A stretch of DNA of 64,000 bases, taken from the NCBI GenBank assembly GCA_947453415.1, contig CANGGG010000003.1:22562-86561 (forward strand), read 5' to 3'. Position 1 is the stretch's first letter. Each line of letters opens with the position of its first letter. This stretch comes from Bacteroidota bacterium (GTDB lineage: Bacteria > Bacteroidota > Bacteroidia > UKL13-3). The notes below the pieces were generated by a model. It was not told where the DNA came from, searched no databases, and saw only the letters and a program-made list of their open reading frames with translations. This document shows positions 9,501-20,041 of the stretch, in pieces. The position numbers and the translations under genes were made by a program.

Positions 9501-10574
9501 CTAGTTTTTCTGAAAATTAATATTAGGAAATTTTTTCATTTTGTCAGTATATTTTGAAATTGATTTTGGTAAATTAAAATGAAAACCCAAATAGGCACTT
9601 GCACTTCCTACACTGTATTTAATGAATTCACTTTTTCCTAATGGTAAATTATACATATCAAAAACACCATTAATTCCCGCAAAAAACCGAGTAGAATTAT
9701 ACCCAACTCCTGCCCTACCCATTGCCCTTGGAATAAATTCAAATTGATTAAAAACTTGGCTTCTAAAATCTTTTAATTCACTGGTATATTGCTGTTGTTG
9801 AAAATTTATTCCAGCATAGGCCGAAAGTGTTAAAAACCAATTTTTATAAGCAACAAAAGTATGTCCGTATCCTGGCATCAAACTTAAATTATAAAAGTCC
9901 CCATTTTTGATTTTAGCCTCAGGACTAAATTTAAAAACATCAATTTCTTTAGGTACAATGGATGAGTCGGCACTTAAATTAAAATAATTCAATGAACCAT
10001 TGATCATGAAACTACCAGCACTGTGTTTTTGAATTTCGTTTTGAATAAAAGTGCTTCGGTATGAATAACGTTTATGGTTAAAAATATAATAAAAATTAGT
10101 ACCAATAGTCATCGTATTTAGATCTTCTCTTATATAATGTCGTAATTTAAAATCATTTCCCAAAACCTGTTTGGTGTTATCTAAATAAAATCCTGAATAG
10201 TCTAAATAATAAATATCGAATCCTAATTTTTTTCCATAACTACTTATTTTTAAATTGGTGTAAGTAGTAGTTCCCTTATAATTTTCTTGTAAATTTTTTG
10301 GTGCATAACCAAATGCAATTCCTAACCAATTGAGTCTTACACTTAAGCCAACAGCACCGTAATCGTTAGGAGAATAATTCAATTTTAAAGCATTATTTCC
10401 CGACAATGAGAAGTCACTTTTATTATTTAAAAAGTATAAACTCACATTTAATTTTTCGGAAATATCCTGCACGTAATAGTCGCGTAATAACTGTTTTCGC
10501 CCAAGTGAATCTTGTGCTTTAATGATATTATTACTAATAAAAATAAAAAGTATAAGGTATAATATTTTTTTCAA
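9501..10574 (-). CDS. hypothetical secreted or outer-membrane protein
   Basis: A 357-aa protein with a signal peptide (MKKILYLILFIFISNNIIKAQ). The rest is beta-rich with an aromatic-rich composition. Confidence 0.45.
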   Translation of the reverse strand: MKKILYLILFIFISNNIIKAQDSLGRKQLLRDYYVQDISEKLNVSLYFLNNKSDFSLSGNNALKLNYSPNDYGAVGLSVRLNWLGIAFGYAPKNLQENYKGTTTYTNLKISSYGKKLGFDIYYLDYSGFYLDNTKQVLGNDFKLRHYIREDLNTMTIGTNFYYIFNHKRYSYRSTFIQNEIQKHSAGSFMINGSLNYFNLSADSSIVPKEIDVFKFSPEAKIKNGDFYNLSLMPGYGHTFVAYKNWFLTLSAYAGINFQQQQYTSELKDFRSQVFNQFEFIPRAMGRAGVGYNSTRFFAGINGVFDMYNLPLGKSEFIKYSVGSASAYLGFHFNLPKSISKYTDKMKKFPNINFQKN

Positions 10575-10644
10575 GTTAGGGTATGAGTTATAAAATAATA
10601 AAAAGTTTAAAGTAATTTTTGCATAAAAAATTTAGCTTCGCTGC

Positions 10645-12276
10645 ATGATAAAACAATCAACATTTATTGCAATTATAATATTTCTTTTTACAGCTTGTAG
10701 CACTAAACAAAAAGCAGATGCCATTTATTTGAATGGCCATGTAATTTCAGTTGATTCAAATAACAATGAATATGAAGCATTTGCCATAAAAGATGGGAAA
10801 TTTTTGGCAGTTGGCAGTAATTCATTTATCAATGAAAACTTTGAATCTTTACAAAAAATAGACTTACAAAATCAATTTGTTTATCCAGGTTTAATTGATG
10901 CACACAGTCATTTTTATGGTTTAGGAAATTTCCTTAAAATGGTAGATTTAACAGGTGCAAAAAGCTGGGAAGAATGTGTGAAGCGTTGCAATAAATTTTA
11001 TGCATTGCAAAAACCTAAAGTGCTTTTAGGAAGAGGATGGGACCAAAATTTATGGGCTGATAAAAATTTTCCTACCAATGATAAACTGAATGAATTATTT
11101 GGCCATATTCCTGTTATGTTAAAGCGTGTAGATGGACATGCAGCCATTGTAAATGATTTGGTTTTAAACTTAGCAAAAATTACAGATACCACTTTAGTAA
11201 ATGGCGGTTTGGTGCTGACAAGTTACAAAAAACCAACAGGCGTTTTAATTGACAATGCAGTTGATTTGGTGGAAGCAGTTTTACCCTCAATAACTTTAAA
11301 TGATAAAATAAATGCTTTGAAAATTGCAGAAAAACATTGTTTTGATTACGGTTTAACCAGCGTGTGTGATGCTGGTTTAGATTTAAACATTATTCATTTA
11401 ATAGATAGTTTGCAGCAAATTGGAATATTAAAAATGCGCATTTATGCCATGATTAGTTTAACAGATGAAAACCTAAAAGAAGCTTTAGAAATAGGAGTTT
11501 ATAAAACTGAAAAATTGAATGTTTCAAGTTTTAAAATGTATGCCGATGGTGCATTGGGTTCACGCGGTGCATGTCTTATTAAACCATACAGTGACGAAGT
11601 TCATCATCATGGTTTTTTACTCACTGATATTGGTAAAATGAAACGTTATATTTATCAAATAGCTGCCAGTAAATTTCAACTAAATACACATTGTATTGGC
11701 GATTCTACCAACAGATTAATATTAGAATTATACAGTAAATTTTTACTTAAAAACAATGATAGGCGCTGGAGAATAGAGCATGCGCAGGTAGTAAATCCCG
11801 CTGATACCGCATTATTTAAAAGCTATAACATTATTCCATCTGTGCAGCCAACACACGCAACAAGCGACATGAATTGGGCAATTAATAGATTAGGAAATGA
11901 AAGAATTAAAAATGCATATGCTTATCAAACTTTGTTACAACAAAATAATTGGCTGCCACTTGGAACTGATTTTCCGGTAGAATATGTTTCACCATTTTAT
12001 ACTTTTTATGCTGCAGTAGCCAGGCAAGATGAAAATGGAAAACCTGAAAATGGTTTCAACATTGAAAATGCTTTAACCCGCGAACAAGCTTTAAAAGGGA
12101 TAACTATTTGGGCCGCAAAAGCAGCATTTGAAGAAAACGTAAAAGGCAGCATTGAAACTAATAAAATGGCCGATTTTATTATTACTGATATTGATTTATT
12201 AAAAGAAAAAGATTTACTAAAAATAAGAAATACTAAACCCAAGCAAGTTTTTATAAATGGAGTGAAAGTGAAATAA
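10645..12276 (+). CDS. amidohydrolase-family (metal-dependent hydrolase) lipoprotein
   Basis: It has a lipoprotein signal (…LFTAC), a YPGLIDAHSHFYGLG motif and a VDGHAAIVN motif, which are amidohydrolase TIM-barrel metal-binding signatures. Confidence 0.8.
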   Translation: MIKQSTFIAIIIFLFTACSTKQKADAIYLNGHVISVDSNNNEYEAFAIKDGKFLAVGSNSFINENFESLQKIDLQNQFVYPGLIDAHSHFYGLGNFLKMVDLTGAKSWEECVKRCNKFYALQKPKVLLGRGWDQNLWADKNFPTNDKLNELFGHIPVMLKRVDGHAAIVNDLVLNLAKITDTTLVNGGLVLTSYKKPTGVLIDNAVDLVEAVLPSITLNDKINALKIAEKHCFDYGLTSVCDAGLDLNIIHLIDSLQQIGILKMRIYAMISLTDENLKEALEIGVYKTEKLNVSSFKMYADGALGSRGACLIKPYSDEVHHHGFLLTDIGKMKRYIYQIAASKFQLNTHCIGDSTNRLILELYSKFLLKNNDRRWRIEHAQVVNPADTALFKSYNIIPSVQPTHATSDMNWAINRLGNERIKNAYAYQTLLQQNNWLPLGTDFPVEYVSPFYTFYAAVARQDENGKPENGFNIENALTREQALKGITIWAAKAAFEENVKGSIETNKMADFIITDIDLLKEKDLLKIRNTKPKQVFINGVKVK

Positions 12277-12367
12277 AAATTTGTGGAAAATTGCTAATTT
12301 AAATGTAAAATTTAGTTGTTTTATCTACTAATATTTTTATTACATTTGTTTGTAAATTAAAAAAAAT

Positions 12368-12901
12368 ATGAAAAACTCAAATTTCAATTTAAGCCGAATT
12401 ACCTCTTTATTAATTATCTTTTTTATACTTATAACTAATTTAAAAGCACAAATACAAGAACCAACTGAAAAAGCTACAAAACACGCAGTTGGTGCAGGAG
12501 CTGGTTTTACTACTGGTTATGGACTTTCATATAGATATATACCAAACCGTTTTGGCATTCAAATAAATTTTGCTCCTTTTAAAAATGCTACAACCACCAG
12601 AAATAGTATTGGTTTAACTTTATTGTATTCATTAATGCAATCTGAAAAAACAAATTTATACTTATATCAAGCCAATCATTATTATGTATCTTCACAGCCC
12701 GCTGATTCTTTTAATAATATTACTAATCAAACATATTCATATAGAAAAGATGAATCTTATTTTAATAACGGAATAGGTTTTGGACTTGAATATATTATTG
12801 CACCAAAAATTGGCTTTAATATTATGACTGGTTATGCCACTTATGTTAATTTTTCAGGTTATAATGTGACTGGTGAAACTGCTTTATATTTTAAATTTTA
12901 G
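12368..12901 (+). CDS. small outer-membrane beta-barrel protein
   Basis: It has a signal peptide, alternating-hydrophobic beta strands and a C-terminal ...ALYFKF terminal Phe. Confidence 0.5.
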   Translation: MKNSNFNLSRITSLLIIFFILITNLKAQIQEPTEKATKHAVGAGAGFTTGYGLSYRYIPNRFGIQINFAPFKNATTTRNSIGLTLLYSLMQSEKTNLYLYQANHYYVSSQPADSFNNITNQTYSYRKDESYFNNGIGFGLEYIIAPKIGFNIMTGYATYVNFSGYNVTGETALYFKF

Positions 12902-13925
12902 AATTATTTTTAATCAATTGCAGCAGACAAGTTTTTAAAATTCCAGCCATATTTTTAGCTTTTAAAAAACGAGTATTTTGGTAATGAATACATAATTCAT
13001 GTTTTAAAGTTTCTACCTTTTCTAATGTAGAAATTTGGTCTTTATTCATGGCATGAAGTAAGTTAAAAACTAACCATTTTGATGCTTTTAACCTAGCTAC
13101 CATTATTGATCGTTCTTCTAATTGATATTGATGAATACTTTCCTTACTCAAACAATCACTTACTAATTTAACATACTCCGCATTTTGTTTATAAAACTGT
13201 GGCAAATAAACATTTTTTCTGCCTTCATTACTTTGTTGGTCAAAATCAATGGCACGAATTCTATAATGAATTTCTTCAAAATCAGGAATAATTTGAATAA
13301 CAAAATTACTAGAATGCATGTCGCCTAAAAGCCTTACAAAACATCGTTCGTTAAATTTAACAAAATCTTTTGCTAAACGAATGGCATTAAAATTTTCTTT
13401 TTTAAAGTATGTTTTTAAAAAATCATCTCCAGGAACTCCCATAATATGTTCCTCTATTAAAGTATCGCCACTTACCAAATAACCAATTCTATTTGGTGAT
13501 AACAGATGTTCTAATTCCAAACCATAAATTCTGGAAGCATCCGCATTTTTTATATAAAAATAATCAAAATTATCGTTCAGTTTATTTACAATTCTTATTC
13601 TAAAAGGAAGTGAATTTCCATACAAACAATAATCAATTCTTTCAACAGCTAAATGCTCTAAAATATTGACATCTCCACCCGTTTTAAGCAAAGCATATAT
13701 TTTTAACAAATCGTGGTGAATTTGCTTCATTTCACTTTGAGGGTATATGCAAGTTTCCCATAAAGTATCCTTACCTTTTTTGTCGTATAAAGCAATACTT
13801 TCTTTGAAATTTTTAAGATATAAATACTGAATTGGAATGCTTGTACTTCTTCCATACATTTTCAAATATTTTCTTAAATGTTCATTTATTTTTACAGGTA
13901 GTTTTCTTTTACTTATTTGTTGCAA
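12891..13925 (-). CDS. hypothetical protein with protein-kinase-like (APH/Kdo-kinase-like) motifs
   Basis: A 344-aa protein. LLGDMHSSNFVI resembles the HGDxHxxN catalytic loop and IDFDQ resembles the DFG-type metal-binding motif. No other domain is recognisable. Confidence 0.35.
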   Translation of the reverse strand: MQQISKRKLPVKINEHLRKYLKMYGRSTSIPIQYLYLKNFKESIALYDKKGKDTLWETCIYPQSEMKQIHHDLLKIYALLKTGGDVNILEHLAVERIDYCLYGNSLPFRIRIVNKLNDNFDYFYIKNADASRIYGLELEHLLSPNRIGYLVSGDTLIEEHIMGVPGDDFLKTYFKKENFNAIRLAKDFVKFNERCFVRLLGDMHSSNFVIQIIPDFEEIHYRIRAIDFDQQSNEGRKNVYLPQFYKQNAEYVKLVSDCLSKESIHQYQLEERSIMVARLKASKWLVFNLLHAMNKDQISTLEKVETLKHELCIHYQNTRFLKAKNMAGILKTCLLQLIKNNSKI

Positions 13926-14149
13926 AGCAATTAATTTTTCAAAACAAACATATAGAATAGCTTGGTAAAAATTTGAAATATTTTTACCTCAATTTACTAA
14001 TCCAAATTTCTTTAAAATAAATTTTACACATCATCAAATTTCCCAAAAGCTAATATTTATTTGTATTTTTTATTTTGTAATAGGTTTGGTATTGGTTAAA
14101 ATCAAGTTTATTTTCGCGGCTGTTAAATTTATCATTCACAATATAATAA

Positions 14150-15157
<1,008 letters not shown>

Positions 15158-15178
15158 ATTGAATAATTTTTTCAGAAA

Positions 15179-15218
15179 AGGCCTCAACAAATAAAATTGT
15201 TGGGGCTTTTTTTTAAAA
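15179..15218 (+). terminator. rho-independent terminator downstream of gap
   Basis: GCCTCAACAA and TTGTTGGGGC form a stem, followed by T8. Confidence 0.6.
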
Positions 15219-15281
15219 TTATTAATAATTAGGATGTAATATTTATTGAAATCTAAATCATATATTTGATTTTGCTTCTTT

Positions 15282-15971
15282 ATGATTAAATATTTGATTC
15301 AACTCATTTACCCAAACACATGTATTTGCTGTCATAAGCATTTGGTAGATACTGAAACCTTTGTTTGTACTCAGTGTTTATTAGAGTTGCCCGCCACTAA
15401 CTTTCATTTAACACACAATAACGATTTAGAAAAATTATTTTGGGGACGTATAAATATTGAACGTGCCATTGCTTTATTTTTTTATAAAAAAGGAGGAAAA
15501 ACTGCTAAAATATTACATGCTTTAAAATACCATGATACCCCAGAAATAGCAGAATTTTTAGGCCGATATTATGGCACATTTTTAAAAGATTTTGTGAAAG
15601 AAAACAAAATAGATGCATTGGTTGCTATTCCTTTACACAAAAATAAATTACGTACACGTGGTTATAACCAAAGTGAAAAATTAGCCGCTGGTTTAGCTGA
15701 TACTTTAGCCATTGAAAACTTAAGTGAGAATATCAATAGAAATAAATTTACCGAAACTCAAACCAAAAAATCGAGATTGGAAAGAAGCGATAATGTAGAC
15801 AAAGTTTTTGAAGTAAATGATTTAAAAAAATTTGAAAATAAACATATTTTATTAATAGACGATGTAATAACCACGGGCGCTACCATTGATAGTTGTGCCA
15901 ATGAAATACTTAAAATCAGTAATTGTAAAGTGAGTGTTGCTGGATTGGCATTTGCTTATCATGGCGTATAA
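15282..15971 (+). CDS. comF: ComF family phosphoribosyltransferase-domain protein
   Basis: It has an N-terminal CxxC...CxxC zinc finger and a C-terminal PRTase motif (ILLIDDVITTGATI). Confidence 0.75.
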   Translation: MIKYLIQLIYPNTCICCHKHLVDTETFVCTQCLLELPATNFHLTHNNDLEKLFWGRINIERAIALFFYKKGGKTAKILHALKYHDTPEIAEFLGRYYGTFLKDFVKENKIDALVAIPLHKNKLRTRGYNQSEKLAAGLADTLAIENLSENINRNKFTETQTKKSRLERSDNVDKVFEVNDLKKFENKHILLIDDVITTGATIDSCANEILKISNCKVSVAGLAFAYHGV

Positions 15972-16042
15972 AAGTATTGGCATTGCATAATTTTTACTAT
16001 GTTCGCCCTCATCAAAAAAATACTGAATAATTAACTATAAAA

Positions 16043-17299
16043 ATGATTCAAACAGAAACGAAAAAAACATCACTTTTAGGAAATCTAACAGTGCAAATTG
16101 TAATTGCAATGTTGCTTGGTGCTATATTGGGAATTTTTGTTCATCAAAATTACGATATTGATTTTGCAAAAGCTTTTAGCGGATATGTAAAAATGTTAGC
16201 TACTGTTTTTATCAGGTTAGTACAAATGATTATTTCTCCTTTAGTTTTTACAACATTGGTTGTTGGAATAGCAAAATTAGGCGATATAAAATCTGTTGGG
16301 CGAATTGGAGGAAAAGCAATGGCTTGGTTTTTTTCTGCCTCATTTATTTCGCTATTAATAGGTATGTTTTGGGTCAATGTTTTGCATCCAGGAACTGGGC
16401 TTAATCTTTCCAATATTGATGTTGCTACAGCAAGTGATATCAATGAAAAATCGCACAGTTTTTCTGCTCAAAACTTCATTGAACACATCATTCCAAAAAG
16501 CATTGTAGAGGCAATGTCAAATAATGAAATTTTACAAATTGTTATTTTCTCCATCTTTTTTGGATTGGCAGCAGCTGCCATTGGAGAACATGCAAAACCA
16601 GTTGTTAATGCATTAGACAAAACTTCTCACATTATTTTAAAAATGGTAAACTATGTAATGAAATTTGCACCAGTTGGAGTTTTTGGCGCCATTGCTGGGG
16701 TTTTTGCCATCCGAGATTTAAACGATTTATTATTGACCTACGCAAAATTCTTCGGTTCGTTTTTAGTTGGTATTTCCACCCTTTGGGTTTTCTTATTATT
16801 CATTGGTTTTGTGTTTTTAGGTCATCGATTAATTGCTTTACTAAAACACATTGTATCGCCTTTAATCATTGCTTTTGGCACCACAAGTTCCGAAGCTGTT
16901 TTTCCTAAATTAACGGAAGAGTTAGAACGTTTTGGAATAAAAGACAGAATTGTTTCATTCATGTTGCCATTAGGTTATTCGTTTAACCTTGATGGAAGTA
17001 TGATGTACATGACATTTGCAAGTATTTTTATAGCTCAAGCTTATGGAATTCCATTAGACATGCCAACACAATTAACCATGCTTTTTGTATTAATGCTTAC
17101 CAGCAAAGGCATTGCGGGAGTGCCACGAGCAAGTTTGGTAGTGGTAGCGGCAACTTGTGGAATGTTCAAAATTCCTATTGAAGGAATTGCCCTAATTTTA
17201 CCAATTGACCATTTTTGCGATATGTTCAGAAGTGCTACAAATGTGTTAGGAAATGCATTGGCAACAAGTGTAGTTGCTAAATGGGAAAAAGACGTTTAG
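16043..17299 (+). CDS. dicarboxylate/amino acid:cation symporter (GltP/DctA family)
   Basis: A 418-aa polytopic membrane protein with the DAACS signature region (…SSEAVFP…, …MLTSKGIAGVP…). Confidence 0.9.
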   Translation: MIQTETKKTSLLGNLTVQIVIAMLLGAILGIFVHQNYDIDFAKAFSGYVKMLATVFIRLVQMIISPLVFTTLVVGIAKLGDIKSVGRIGGKAMAWFFSASFISLLIGMFWVNVLHPGTGLNLSNIDVATASDINEKSHSFSAQNFIEHIIPKSIVEAMSNNEILQIVIFSIFFGLAAAAIGEHAKPVVNALDKTSHIILKMVNYVMKFAPVGVFGAIAGVFAIRDLNDLLLTYAKFFGSFLVGISTLWVFLLFIGFVFLGHRLIALLKHIVSPLIIAFGTTSSEAVFPKLTEELERFGIKDRIVSFMLPLGYSFNLDGSMMYMTFASIFIAQAYGIPLDMPTQLTMLFVLMLTSKGIAGVPRASLVVVAATCGMFKIPIEGIALILPIDHFCDMFRSATNVLGNALATSVVAKWEKDV

Positions 17300-17310
17300 C
17301 TTATTATAAC

Positions 17311-17410
17311 TTTTGCCACGGATTCACAGATTACACAGAATACCAAACTGCCCGTTGTTGTGTCTCCTGACCAACAACTTTTGCCACAGATTTTACTGAT
17401 TACACAGAAT
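17311..17410. repeat. partial or degenerate copies of the family-A MITE-like repeat
   Basis: The TTGCCAC(A/G)GATT..CACAGATTACACAGAAT and CCCGTTGTTGTGTCTCCTGACCAACAAC modules are shared with 17445-17599 and 19869-20041. Confidence 0.5.
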
Positions 17411-17444
17411 TATTTATTTATCGGTCGCTGAGCTTGTCGAAGCG

Positions 17445-17599
17445 TTGCCACAGATTATACAGATTACCAAACTACCAATTGTTGTGTTTCCGACCAACAA
17501 CTTTTGCCACAGATTACAACAAACATCTTGTAATTCCATCAATCATTCTTTCCGATTTATCGGAACTGATTCAGACAATATTCTGTGTAATCTGTGGCT
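17445..17599. mobile_element. MITE-like element (family A, copy 2) with ~17 bp terminal inverted repeats
   Basis: It begins TTGCCACAGATTATACAGA and ends TCTGTGTAATCTGTGGC, which is the exact reverse complement of GCCACAGATTACACAGA seen in copy 1. It also has an internal GTTGTTG…CAACAAC hairpin and no coding capacity. Confidence 0.55.
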
Positions 17600-17656
17600 A
17601 TTTTACGTTAAAAAAATCCGCGTTGATTTTTCAGCGAAATCAGGGAATCCGCGTTT

Positions 17657-19792
17657 TTATTTCACCTTACTCGCCCCTAAATTCCAAAGCACAAAGCTCC
17701 ACATATCAGCTGCATCTTCTATTAATTTAGTAGTTGGTTTCCCCGCTCCATGGCCGGCTTTACTGTCTATTCTTATCAATATTGGATTCAATGTATCTGC
17801 TTTAGCTTGCAGTTCAGCAGCAAACTTAAACGAATGTGCAGGCACTACCCTGTCATCATGGTCGGCAGTCATAATCATGGTAGCTGGATATTTTACACCT
17901 TGCTTTACATTGTGCAAAGGCGAATATTTTATTAACCAATCAAAGTCTTCTTTTTTATCACTACTACCATATTCTACTGCCCAACCCCAACCAATGGTAA
18001 ATTTATGGTAACGCAACATATCTAAAACTCCTACTGCAGGAATGGCCACTTTGAATAATTCTGGTCTTTGAGTCATGCAAGCACCAACTAGTAAACCACC
18101 ATTTGAACCACCGTTAATTCCAAGTTTATTACTTGTTGTATATTTTTCACTGATTAAATATTCTGCGGCAGCAATAAAGTCATCAAATACATTTTGTTTT
18201 TTTTCTAACATTCCTGCTTTGTGCCAATCTTCGCCATACTCTCCACCGCCACGTAAACTTGCAATGGCATAAACTCCACCTTGCTCTAAAAACATGATAC
18301 GGCTTACACTGAATGATGGTGTCAATGAAATATTGAATCCACCATAACCATAAAGCATGGTTGGATTATTTCCATCTAGTTTCAAGCCTTTTTTATGCAT
18401 AATAAATATTGGGATTTTTGTTCCATCTTTACTAGTATAAAACACTTGTTTGGTTTCAAATTCATTGGCATCAAACTTTACTTCAGTTTTGCGGAATAAT
18501 TCCGATTTTCCTGTTTTTAAATCGTACTTGTATATTTCGCCAGGATTGGTAAATGAAGTGTAAGTATAAAATGTTTCGGTATCCTCTTTTTTACCACCAA
18601 TGCCACTTGCTGTTCCTATTCCAGGTAATTTAATTTCTTCTTTTCCAGTTCCATCAGCATTAAATTTATAAATTCTGGTGCTTGCATCTTTTAAATAAGT
18701 AGTAAATAATTTTCCACCCCAAAGGCTTGCTCCTTCTAGTAAATCATTGCTTTCAGCAATAATGGTTTTCCAATTTTTTTCATCAGCATTCATTGGATCC
18801 ACTTCTATTAATTTATATTTAGCTGCACCTTTATCTGTTGTAGCTAAAATTTTATCACCCACGTTATCAATAAAACTATAATTGTTTTCAAAACCCTTGA
18901 ATAAAGTTTTAAAAATCTTATCGTTTTTACTCAAATCTTTTACCAATATTTCGTTGCCATTTGTTCCTTCGCTGATATTAATAAACATAAAACGTTCGTC
19001 TTCCGATATGCCTGCGTTAAAATAACGCAATGGGTGTTTTTTGTCTTCATAAATTAATTCATCTGCACTTTGAGCAGTTCCCATTTGATGGTAATAAATT
19101 TTCATGAATTCATTGGCATTGCTAAATGCTTTTCCTTTAGCTGGCGCATCGTAACGGCTGTAATAAAAACCATTCCCTTTCCAAGTAGCACCGCTAAACT
19201 TCACCCATTCTATTTTATCAGCTAATTTTTGTTTGGAAGATACATCCATTACAAATATTTCATTCCAATCGCTGCCGCTTTGGGCCACTCCTACTGCACA
19301 ATATTTGTGGTCTTTGCTAAATGTAAAACTTCCTAACGAAGAAGTTCCATCTTCACTTAATTGATTAGGGTCTAAAAACACTTCTGGCTCGCCTGATAAA
19401 CCTTTCTGGCGGTATAAAATACTTTGATTTTGTAAGCCTTCATTTTTAAAGAAATAATACCAATCACCTTCTTTAAACGGACTTGAATATTTAGGGAAAT
19501 TCCATATTTCAGTCAATCGGTTTTTTATTTGATTTCTATAAGGAATTTGACCTAAATAGTTTTGAGTTACTTCGTTTTCCTCTTTTACCCATTGAATTAC
19601 ATCTGATGCAGTATCGTTTTCTAACCAACGATATGGATCTGCTATTTGAGTTCCGAAATAATCATCGGTTTGATTTGCTATTTTAGTGTTAGGATATGGT
19701 AGTCGATTCAATTTTATTTGGTTTGTTTTTTGAGTTTGATTGCAAGCAAATGTTGCAAATAATAATGCGGGTAAAATGTATTTTTTTATCAT
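17657..19792 (-). CDS. prolyl oligopeptidase (S9A family serine peptidase), lipoprotein-type signal
   Basis: It has the GGSNGGLLVGAC catalytic-Ser motif and an N-terminal beta-propeller. I place the start at the ATG at 19792 (MIKKYILPALLFATFAC). The ORF-track extension to 19885 runs into the MITE. Confidence 0.9.
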   Translation of the reverse strand: MIKKYILPALLFATFACNQTQKTNQIKLNRLPYPNTKIANQTDDYFGTQIADPYRWLENDTASDVIQWVKEENEVTQNYLGQIPYRNQIKNRLTEIWNFPKYSSPFKEGDWYYFFKNEGLQNQSILYRQKGLSGEPEVFLDPNQLSEDGTSSLGSFTFSKDHKYCAVGVAQSGSDWNEIFVMDVSSKQKLADKIEWVKFSGATWKGNGFYYSRYDAPAKGKAFSNANEFMKIYYHQMGTAQSADELIYEDKKHPLRYFNAGISEDERFMFINISEGTNGNEILVKDLSKNDKIFKTLFKGFENNYSFIDNVGDKILATTDKGAAKYKLIEVDPMNADEKNWKTIIAESNDLLEGASLWGGKLFTTYLKDASTRIYKFNADGTGKEEIKLPGIGTASGIGGKKEDTETFYTYTSFTNPGEIYKYDLKTGKSELFRKTEVKFDANEFETKQVFYTSKDGTKIPIFIMHKKGLKLDGNNPTMLYGYGGFNISLTPSFSVSRIMFLEQGGVYAIASLRGGGEYGEDWHKAGMLEKKQNVFDDFIAAAEYLISEKYTTSNKLGINGGSNGGLLVGACMTQRPELFKVAIPAVGVLDMLRYHKFTIGWGWAVEYGSSDKKEDFDWLIKYSPLHNVKQGVKYPATMIMTADHDDRVVPAHSFKFAAELQAKADTLNPILIRIDSKAGHGAGKPTTKLIEDAADMWSFVLWNLGASKVK

Positions 19793-19868
19793 AACAATAT
19801 TTTTATGGAACAATGATAAATTATTTTTGATTGAGGATTTATGATTTTTGATAAATGGTTTGAAGTGT

Positions 19869-20041
19869 TTTGCCACAGATTTCACAAAATACTATACGGC
19901 CCGTTGTTGTGTCTCCTGACCAACAACTCTTGCCAAGATTACACATTTGACAACAAACATCTTGTAAATCCATCAATCATTCTTTCCGATTTATCGGAAC
20001 TGATTCAGATAATAATCTGTGTTATCTGTAAAATCTGCGGC
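19869..20041. mobile_element. MITE-like element (family A, copy 3)
   Basis: It aligns along its full length with 17445-17599 in the same orientation. Its right TIR is degenerate (TCTGTGTTATCTGTAAAATCTGCGGC). Confidence 0.55.

Noticed and set aside
17600-17656. Possible terminator downstream of the peptidase gene (AAATCCGCG…direct repeats)
   Set aside because: It has direct repeats, not a clean inverted repeat. Stem potential is weak.
17434-18011. Two plus-strand ORFs of 98 and 188 aa
   Set aside because: They start inside the MITE-like repeats and run antisense into the prolyl oligopeptidase gene, with no domain or signal features.
19793-19885. N-terminal 31-aa extension of the peptidase ORF in the track (MKSVAKHF…)
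   Set aside because: The extension uses a non-ATG start and reads into MITE copy A3. The internal ATG at 19792 gives a proper lipoprotein signal peptide.
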